Shown here: positions 57,347 to 64,000 of the stretch, one piece after another
How the letters are laid out: every line of letters starts with the position of its first letter
How positions within the stretch are numbered: the stretch's first letter is position 1
IMG/VR virus record: IMGVR_UViG_3300042558_004148
Coordinates: 62,001-126,000 of that record
Strand: one strand, 5' to 3'
DNA length: 64,000 nt
Position numbers and translations under genes: made by a program
Notes under the pieces: model-generated
Told to the model about the DNA's origin: nothing
The model's database searches: none
What the model saw: the letters and a program-made list of their open reading frames with translations, nothing else

Positions 57347-58324
57347 ATGAGTAATTTAGACATTTTCAATTTGGACGCAGAGGCGTTCGTAACGAAAGCA
57401 AACGCAGTAGAATCAAAAGATTCGGAATTTTATAAGCCATATCCTGAAAACGGTAAGGATGGAGTTTATAAATCTTTAATTAGATTTGTGCCTAATCCAG
57501 CAGATCCAGCGGTATCTAAGGTTCACAAATATTATGTGTATTTGAATGATCCAGTATCAGGAGACGGATTTTCAGCCGATTGTCCATCAACTGTTGGTAA
57601 GAAATCAATTCTTAAAGACATGTTCTGGAAGTTAAAGAATTCACATTCTGCTGCAGACCAGGAATTAGCTAAGAGCTTCTCAAGAAAAGAGGATTTCTAT
57701 TCGTTAGTTCAAATCGTTCAGGATAAAAACAAACCTGAATTGGAAGGAAAGATCATGATCTTCAAATTTGGTAAAAAATTGAATGATATGATCGAGGCAC
57801 AACTTAAACCAGAATACGGTGATTCTTGTAATCCTTTCGATCTTTTCGAAGGTAGAGAATTCGCATTAAGTGTTAGAAAAGTTGGTGAATGGAATAACTA
57901 CGATCTTTGCTCATTCGTGGGTGAAAAAAATGCAATTAAGATCGATGGGGTTTCTATGAAAAAATCTCAGGAGGATATGGCAAAAATTCTCGATTATTTA
58001 AACGATGGACCTAAAAACTTATCAAGTTTTGATTATAAGGACTGGGATGATGATATGACTGAGAAAGTTATGAGTGTAATCAGAAACACAGTTCCTGATC
58101 AAAGATTGGTTAACGAGATCGTTGGTGGTGTTGCTTCTGCTCCTGCAAGAACTGCGCCAGCTCAATCAGCTCCAGCTCCAGTAATGGAACAAGAGTCTAC
58201 ATCTGGTGATTTATACGCTGAGGTATCTCAAACTAAAGTTGCTGGACATGTTGAAAGAACTGAATCTTCCGCTCCTTCAAGCAATAGTAGTTCTTCATTA
58301 GAAGATCTTTACGCAGACCTTTAA
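57347..58324 (+). CDS. Single-stranded DNA-binding protein, T4 gp32-like
   Basis: LIRFVP, DCPST, KIMIFKFGKKL...FDLFEGREFAL and acidic tail SSLEDLYADL. Confidence 0.88.
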   Translation: MSNLDIFNLDAEAFVTKANAVESKDSEFYKPYPENGKDGVYKSLIRFVPNPADPAVSKVHKYYVYLNDPVSGDGFSADCPSTVGKKSILKDMFWKLKNSHSAADQELAKSFSRKEDFYSLVQIVQDKNKPELEGKIMIFKFGKKLNDMIEAQLKPEYGDSCNPFDLFEGREFALSVRKVGEWNNYDLCSFVGEKNAIKIDGVSMKKSQEDMAKILDYLNDGPKNLSSFDYKDWDDDMTEKVMSVIRNTVPDQRLVNEIVGGVASAPARTAPAQSAPAPVMEQESTSGDLYAEVSQTKVAGHVERTESSAPSSNSSSSLEDLYADL

Positions 58325-58339
58325 TAAATTAAAAACTAA

Positions 58340-58378
58340 AAGGGAACATCCTTCTTGGGTTGTTCCCTTCTTTTTATT
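58340..58378 (+). terminator. Intrinsic terminator after the SSB gene
   Basis: Stem aagggaaca/tgttccctt followed by ctttttatt. Confidence 0.8.
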
Positions 58379-59443
58379 ATGCAACAAGGAAAAATAGAAG
58401 ATTTAGTAAGATCGGTATTGGCAAAGGAATTTGCCAGAGACCCAAATAAACAAATAGTTTATAAGGCGGGTAACCGACTTAATTTCTCTTGTCCGTATTG
58501 TGGTGATTCACACGACTCTAAGAAAAAAAGGGGAAACTTCTATTTAGATACCCTTGGGTATAAATGCTATAATGGTGGATGTGGAATATTCAAGGATGCT
58601 ATCAGCTTCTTTAAGGATTTTGCTGTACATGGTAAATTAAATGGTACTGAAAGGGATGAAATAAGAAGCGTATTAGAGGAAGTTAGGGGAACAAGAAGAA
58701 CCGTATATGGTAAAGTTGATATAAGCTACTTCTTTGATAATGACATCACTGATCTATTAATTCCGAGGGAAACATTTATGTCCAAAATGAAATTGGTTGA
58801 AGTGTACGGATCTAGTATACAAAGATACGTTACAAGGAGACACCAGAAGCTAGATAAAAAGTTTGCATGGGATAGTAAATGGGAAAGACTATTTCTTTTT
58901 AATTTAACACCCGATGATAAAATATTAGGTCTCCAAGTTAGAAATATGAATTCTATTAAGGGATCAGCCAAATATCTTACATATAAACTAAGTGGAATAT
59001 ATGAAAAATTACTTAAGGTAACGGACCAGGATTTCATAGATAAGGTACGAGCTGTAGATCCAATATCCCATGTTTTTGGGATAGGTAATTTGGATTTTTC
59101 CTCAGATATAACAGTATTTGAAGGACCAATGGATTCTTTCTTTTGGAATAATTCGGTTGGCTTATGTTCTTTAGAAAACAAATTTCCATTTGAGGTTGAC
59201 AATGTTAGGTATTGGTATGATTGGGATAAATCAGGTATAGAAAAAACAATGGATCTACTAAGCAAGGGACACACTGTTTTCAACTGGGGTAAATTTCTGG
59301 AGGAGAATAATATAAATAAAAATAAAAAATGGGATCTTAATGATTTAGTTATACATTTAAGAACCACCGGTAAGAAAATTAAAAGGCTTGATAACTATTT
59401 TACCAATGACATTTTAGATCTTGGATATTTTATAAATGGATAA
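58379..59443 (+). CDS. DNA primase, T4 gp61-like
   Basis: Zn finger CPYCGD...CYNGGC; TOPRIM VFEGPMDSFF...WYDWD. ATG at 58379 preferred to the TTG inside the terminator. Confidence 0.85.
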   Translation: MQQGKIEDLVRSVLAKEFARDPNKQIVYKAGNRLNFSCPYCGDSHDSKKKRGNFYLDTLGYKCYNGGCGIFKDAISFFKDFAVHGKLNGTERDEIRSVLEEVRGTRRTVYGKVDISYFFDNDITDLLIPRETFMSKMKLVEVYGSSIQRYVTRRHQKLDKKFAWDSKWERLFLFNLTPDDKILGLQVRNMNSIKGSAKYLTYKLSGIYEKLLKVTDQDFIDKVRAVDPISHVFGIGNLDFSSDITVFEGPMDSFFWNNSVGLCSLENKFPFEVDNVRYWYDWDKSGIEKTMDLLSKGHTVFNWGKFLEENNINKNKKWDLNDLVIHLRTTGKKIKRLDNYFTNDILDLGYFING

Positions 59444-59684
59444 TTCTAATATACATATAGATCTCACCGATGATTGGGAAAAAGAGGTTACTCGAAGATC
59501 GACTAGCAAGATAAAATTTCCAATAAAGGTCATAGAGTCCGATTTATATGAAGTAAATACAGAATTCTCTGAACCTAAAATAGCAGACCCTAAAACTGAA
59601 GGTAAAAACGAGATATCAAAAAACGTAAGAGTTGTTGATTTATCTGGCAAGAAAAAACAAAAAACAAAAACAAATCTATTCTAA
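59436..59684 (+). CDS. Hypothetical protein
   Basis: 82-aa ORF overlapping the primase stop. Confidence 0.55.
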   Translation: MDNSNIHIDLTDDWEKEVTRRSTSKIKFPIKVIESDLYEVNTEFSEPKIADPKTEGKNEISKNVRVVDLSGKKKQKTKTNLF

Positions 59685-59685
59685 T

Positions 59686-60132
59686 ATGTCTACAGAGCAA
59701 AAAAGCGACTTTAATAAAATCTTCGAAACAGAGAGAAACGAATGGAGAGAAAAGGTCCAAGTAATAGCAATACAAATGAAGGATATACAGACTCTAGCTA
59801 AGGCTCAGATTGATCTATTTAGTCAGAGACAGGTACTGCTTGAATATAGTTATAAACTGGCATCAATTGTATCCAAACTTAATTCTAAATACAGAACTGA
59901 AAAATCCAGAAAGATGAAGGATTATTCTGAAAGAAGTGATGTTAGATACGGATCTAATGAGAAAACAGTGTTGATCGAGGGAGATTTAAGCGAGATATCA
60001 GAAAAGATAGAATTGGTTGAAGGACATAGAAAATTCATAGACCAAACAATACAAACCACCGATCACATGCTATACGGGGTTCGCCAAAGAATATCGTTGG
60101 AGGATTATCTAAGAGGATCTACGGTGAAATAG
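59686..60132 (+). CDS. uvsY: Recombination mediator, UvsY-like
   Basis: All-helical protein of about 148 aa immediately upstream of UvsW; in-frame ATG at 59686. Confidence 0.6.
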   Translation: MSTEQKSDFNKIFETERNEWREKVQVIAIQMKDIQTLAKAQIDLFSQRQVLLEYSYKLASIVSKLNSKYRTEKSRKMKDYSERSDVRYGSNEKTVLIEGDLSEISEKIELVEGHRKFIDQTIQTTDHMLYGVRQRISLEDYLRGSTVK

Positions 60133-60147
60133 AAATAACTAATTTAT

Positions 60148-61704
60148 ATGTTAAAATTTCAAGTTTCAGAAGACCAACAATGGATGATATTAATTGAATC
60201 CCTGGACGAGGTCGAGAAAAAACAACTAGATATATCACTAACGCAAAAGATCCATAACTTCTATTTCCATCCACTGGTTAAGAAGAAGATATGGGACGGA
60301 AACATATGCTTTATAGAGAAGAAAGGAAATATGTGGAAGGTTCCTATTGGATTATGGAGAGAGGTTCTTGAGATAGGTGAGAAGTATAAAATCGAGATGC
60401 AAATAAAAGGCATAGAGGAGATTATTATAAGGGACATAACACTAGAGGATTTTACTACATGGGTGAATGAATTTTTTGAGGATGGTATAGGTGGTGATCC
60501 CGATAAGAAACCCAGAGATTATCAGATAGAAACGGCTTGGAAGATTATAAGATACAGATATTCTATTTCTGAGGTAGCCACTTCGTCAGGTAAGACATTA
60601 ATATCATTTATGATATTTGCTTATTTGAAATCCAAGGGACTCATTAAAAAATATATGATGATAGTTCCCAATAATAATCTTGTTTTTCAAGGGAGCGACG
60701 ATTTCGAGGATTATGGAATAGAAAAATTAGGAGTTAAGATTCAGCAAATCGGTGGAGGAAGTAAGCTCAGGGAAGGCTGTGATGTCATTATGGGTACTTT
60801 CCAATCACTGGTGAAGAAGGAACCAGAATTTTTTGCTGATGTTGATGTTGTTTTTGTTGATGAAGCACACCATACGAATTCCATGTCCATAAAGAAGATA
60901 GTTGCAAATTGCATGCACTCTAGATGGAGATTTGGTCTAACCGGAACATTGACAAAGAAAGGAACCGCTGATTATATGACAATACAGCAATTTTTAGGTC
61001 CACTTGTTGTTGAAATCCCGCCAAGCTATCTTTTTGATAATAACTATGCAACACCTGTTTCGATAAAGGTTGTTATTATGGATTGGCTTGAAGATAGCTA
61101 TAAACAAAAACTTGCTGACATAAAACTTAACAATTCGAATAAATCATCGGATAAAAAAATAGAAGGAAATGAGTTTTATAACATAGAAAGAAAGTTAGTT
61201 ATAGAAAGCAGAAAAAGACTTAATTACATAGTTGATTTCATTAGTAAAAGTTCTAAGAATTCACTAGTACTATTTCAATCAGTTAAGGATGAATACGGAA
61301 AGCAGATATGGAATTTACTAAGAGAGAAAAACTCGGACAAGGAGGTTTTCTACGTCGAAGGTGGAACAAATGAAGCTCTAAGAGAGGAATATAAAACAAG
61401 AATGAGCTCGGGTGAAAATAAGGTCCTTATAGCAACTTATGGAACATTCTCTACCGGTATTTCGATCAATAATCTGCATAATATATTTCTTGTTGAATCA
61501 TATAAGAGTGAAGTTCTAATTAAGCAGAGTTTAGGTAGGGGTATGCGTAAAATGGAAGGAAAGGACAAAGTAAATATTATAGATTTCGTTGACGATTTTA
61601 GTACCAAAAATTATTTGAATTATTTAATGAAACATAGTCTGGAGAGAATGGAGATATACAAGAAGGAATCTTTCGATTATAAAATATACAAAGTTAAACT
61701 TTAG
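60148..61704 (+). CDS. uvsW: SF2 DNA helicase, UvsW-like
   Basis: PRDYQ, ATSSGKT, DEAHH, GLTGT, ATYGTFSTGISI and QSLGRGMR. Confidence 0.92.
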   Translation: MLKFQVSEDQQWMILIESLDEVEKKQLDISLTQKIHNFYFHPLVKKKIWDGNICFIEKKGNMWKVPIGLWREVLEIGEKYKIEMQIKGIEEIIIRDITLEDFTTWVNEFFEDGIGGDPDKKPRDYQIETAWKIIRYRYSISEVATSSGKTLISFMIFAYLKSKGLIKKYMMIVPNNNLVFQGSDDFEDYGIEKLGVKIQQIGGGSKLREGCDVIMGTFQSLVKKEPEFFADVDVVFVDEAHHTNSMSIKKIVANCMHSRWRFGLTGTLTKKGTADYMTIQQFLGPLVVEIPPSYLFDNNYATPVSIKVVIMDWLEDSYKQKLADIKLNNSNKSSDKKIEGNEFYNIERKLVIESRKRLNYIVDFISKSSKNSLVLFQSVKDEYGKQIWNLLREKNSDKEVFYVEGGTNEALREEYKTRMSSGENKVLIATYGTFSTGISINNLHNIFLVESYKSEVLIKQSLGRGMRKMEGKDKVNIIDFVDDFSTKNYLNYLMKHSLERMEIYKKESFDYKIYKVKL

Positions 61705-61714
61705 TTTTCATTGG

Positions 61715-61722
61715 GATATATA
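61715..61722 (+). promoter_or_regulatory. GATATATA putative late promoter
   Basis: 25 nt upstream of ATG 61740. Confidence 0.6.
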
Positions 61723-61739
61723 CAGAAAACATTTTAATT

Positions 61740-62291
61740 ATGATAATGAAATCATTTACTGAATTTACTAACAATGTATCCGAAGCTAGCTCCGAGGGCA
61801 GCACAGGGAAGACTACATTTAGTAGATGGCTTAGAGATATGAACACGAGAGTTGGTGATGATATGAAGGATTCTAATTACTATTCTAGTTATTATGATTC
61901 TGATGACAAATATCAAGCTGCAAGAAGAGCAACCAACCTAATTCCTAATGTATTTAGATTAATTACCGGAGCTGGAGCTGCTGTTGCAGATTTCTTAACA
62001 CCTAAAGGATCAAGTAAAGAGGAGAAAAGTTCAAATAAGTTTACTAAGGACGAACTAAAAGCTAAAAAGACTGAAATCCTTAATAAATGGGAAAGGGATA
62101 ATATTGGTGATAAAAAAGTTACCGATGCTGATGCTGAAAAGTTCTATAAATCTGGAGTGATCAAGGGTAAAAAATACTTCGGGAAGGATTTTGATCCAGC
62201 AAACCCTAAGAATAAGGAAGAGGAAATGTACGCCGATTATATGAATGGTATAATGGAGAGGTATTATAAAAAGACAAGCAATGCACAATAA
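61740..62291 (+). CDS. Hypothetical protein, possible head-internal protein
   Basis: N-terminus MKSFTEFTNNVSE is capsid-targeting-like; preceded by the late motif. Confidence 0.7.
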   Translation: MIMKSFTEFTNNVSEASSEGSTGKTTFSRWLRDMNTRVGDDMKDSNYYSSYYDSDDKYQAARRATNLIPNVFRLITGAGAAVADFLTPKGSSKEEKSSNKFTKDELKAKKTEILNKWERDNIGDKKVTDADAEKFYKSGVIKGKKYFGKDFDPANPKNKEEEMYADYMNGIMERYYKKTSNAQ

Positions 62292-63204
62292 AACGCTATC
62301 ATTTAATAACTTTGTAATTTTATTAGAGGGTGGTGCCGCTATTAAAACATCTAGAAGAATAAGGGAGGATGAGTTTGAAGAAACACTAGCCTCAATAAAG
62401 AGCATATTGTTGCCGATTATTGGTGTAAATCCCAATTCATCTGCTGGTGAATACATCGTTATTGGAAGCATAGGGAAAAAGAAAAATCCAGATGATACAT
62501 CGGGTGATCTTGATCTTGGACTTGATTCTAATTTATTCAATGTGCCACTAAAGGAGGTATCTGGATATATTTATTCGATATTAAGTGGATCGGAAGAGCT
62601 AACAAGCAAATTGGGATTCGAACCTGAAATAAATTATTTGAAGGGACTAAATATAGTAAGTATAGGATGGCCTATAAACGGTGATCAAACTAACGGAATT
62701 GTACAGCTTGATTTAATACCCGTTGCTGATATGGAATGGGCAAAGTTTATCTACTATTCACCTGACTACAAAACATCTGAAAGTAAATATAAATCAGCTC
62801 ATAGAAACTGGTTACTTGCTGCTATATTAGCAATACGTAGAATGGTATTGGATGTTAACGATGCTGGAGAAGTTATGGATTATGATTCACCTGTGCTGAT
62901 ATTAAGCGATGGTTTATATTGGCATACTAAATCATACAGAGGCAAACTAAAACCTAGATTAAAGAATGCTGCCAAGATAAGCGGAAGCGAGAGATTTATA
63001 ACTAGAGATCCTCAGGAATTTATAGACTTTGCATTGGGTACAGGTTATTCAATCAATGACGTTAAAACATTCGAAAAGTTATACCAGATTATAGATTCAC
63101 CTAGTTTTGAACTTTATGATAAGGTTGGCGAAATAGAGGAAAAGTTCCTCGAATATATTACTAGAGCAAATTTAGAGAGGCCCTCCGAAATAAAAAGAGC
63201 TTAA
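62281..63204 (+). CDS. Pol-beta superfamily nucleotidyltransferase
   Basis: IGSIGK...SGDLDLG (GS plus DxD) and a third Asp in VQLDLI. Confidence 0.7.
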   Translation: MHNKTLSFNNFVILLEGGAAIKTSRRIREDEFEETLASIKSILLPIIGVNPNSSAGEYIVIGSIGKKKNPDDTSGDLDLGLDSNLFNVPLKEVSGYIYSILSGSEELTSKLGFEPEINYLKGLNIVSIGWPINGDQTNGIVQLDLIPVADMEWAKFIYYSPDYKTSESKYKSAHRNWLLAAILAIRRMVLDVNDAGEVMDYDSPVLILSDGLYWHTKSYRGKLKPRLKNAAKISGSERFITRDPQEFIDFALGTGYSINDVKTFEKLYQIIDSPSFELYDKVGEIEEKFLEYITRANLERPSEIKRA

Positions 63205-63209
63205 TCTTA

Positions 63210-63217
63210 TATAAATA
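63210..63217 (+). promoter_or_regulatory. TATAAATA T4-type late promoter motif
   Basis: Intergenic, 31 nt upstream of ATG 63241. Confidence 0.55.
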
Positions 63218-63240
63218 TAAAGATAAAATTAAAATTAAAT

Positions 63241-64000
63241 ATGTCTGGAATTAGCCACTTATATGATATTTACCATAAGAAAGGAAAAGAGTTTATTGAT
63301 AATCTCTTTAGTACTTATGTAACTGTTAATGAAAAAATGGATGGATCTGCTTTTGTTTTCGAAAGAGATGCTAACGATGGTAAATTTGTATTCTATAAGA
63401 GAGATCAGAGAAATCCGATAACAATGGTTGATAGAACCCTTATGAAATATTATGAGAAGCCTATCCAGTATATAGAATCTTTGAGTCCACACACAATAAG
63501 TAAAATCCCAAGAGGATGGAAATTTGGATTGGAATATTTTGCTAATAATAAGCCAGTCGAGATTGCTTACGATAGAATGCCAAAGAATAATCTTATATTG
63601 TCTTACGTTAGTCCTAAGGACTCTAAGCCTTCCAATAATTTTATAAATGACAAGGAGAAATTAGATACCTGGGCAGATCTTTTAGGAGTTGAGAGACCCC
63701 CGATTATTTTTCAAGGATATCTTAGTGAGGATCAGAAAGAAAAAATATCAGATTTTCTACGAACACCATTCGATGATTTGGTATCTGAGTATAAGACTAA
63801 GAGTTTTGTTAGGTATATCATAGGTGTACTAAATCCGGAAGCCAAGGAAAGCGCATTAAACGACGACCTTGATAAGGCCATAGAAGGAATAGTTTTTAAG
63901 TTTGGTGACGAGAAAGGTGAAGGTGAGACTGTTGTGTCAAAGATGGTAGATCCAGTATTTACCGAAATGGCAAAAAATAAAACCAAATTAAAGATTGAAA
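63241..64000 (+). CDS. ATP-dependent ligase, Rnl2-like RNA ligase fold (3'-truncated)
   Basis: Not in the ORF track because it has no stop in the window. My translation gives MSGISHLYD...VNEKMDGS (motif I KxDG), FGLEYF, IEGIVFK (motif IV) and KMVDPVFTE. Confidence 0.75.
   Translation, partial: MSGISHLYDIYHKKGKEFIDNLFSTYVTVNEKMDGSAFVFERDANDGKFVFYKRDQRNPITMVDRTLMKYYEKPIQYIESLSPHTISKIPRGWKFGLEYFANNKPVEIAYDRMPKNNLILSYVSPKDSKPSNNFINDKEKLDTWADLLGVERPPIIFQGYLSEDQKEKISDFLRTPFDDLVSEYKTKSFVRYIIGVLNPEAKESALNDDLDKAIEGIVFKFGDEKGEGETVVSKMVDPVFTEMAKNKTKLKIE

Noticed and set aside
1024-63986. The many short antisense or alternate-frame ORFs in the track (e.g. 1024..1221, 5918..6205, 10662..10913, 54768..55169, 58726..59367)
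   Set aside because: They lie wholly within longer, motif-bearing genes and have shadow-ORF composition with no recognisable motifs.
1-64000. Stop-codon reassignment as in Lak or crAss-like phages
   Set aside because: Standard-code ORFs tile the window densely, conserved proteins are full length, and TAA, TAG and TGA all serve as genuine stops.
1-64000. tRNA, rRNA, integrase, transposase, homing endonuclease or DGR reverse transcriptase
   Set aside because: I saw no cloverleaf, rRNA-like GC-rich block or relevant catalytic motif, and intergenic gaps are mostly under 60 bp. A tRNAscan/Infernal run would be the formal check.

Overview
A 64 kb, AT-rich, densely coding segment of a T4-like (contractile-tailed) jumbo/huge phage, read in the standard genetic code. 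Almost all genes are on the + strand; the exceptions are a conserved hypothetical gene at 765-1490 and phoH. Layout: small hypothetical genes and a Nudix hydrolase (1-5.1 kb); a baseplate/neck module with gp53-, gp27-, gp5-, gp13-, gp25-, gp6- and gp7-like genes, interrupted by a phage ribosomal protein S1 and an amidoligase-like gene (5.1-24.9 kb); a block of fibre/decoration proteins carrying Thr-rich mucin-like tracts, Cys-rich, PKD, beta-propeller, collagen and Hint domains (24.9-55.7 kb); a recombination/replication block (RuvC-like, gmhA, gp32 SSB, primase, UvsY, UvsW); and a Pol-beta-type nucleotidyltransferase followed by a truncated Rnl2-like ligase. The SD-less A-rich leaders, the S1 N-terminus and the PKD/propeller domain styles suggest a Bacteroidota host (inference). 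The most notable observation is a candidate virion protein O-glycosylation/maturation system. A glycosyltransferase whose motifs line up with plant peptidyl-serine galactosyltransferase/hydroxyproline arabinosyltransferase (GT96/GT95) sits directly after two genes with poly-Thr tracts. A G-x-T-G motif is strongly over-represented across the fibre genes, two fibre/decoration proteins end in autoprocessing Hint domains, and a heptose-pathway enzyme is also encoded. All family calls come from motif recognition by eye; no database search was run.
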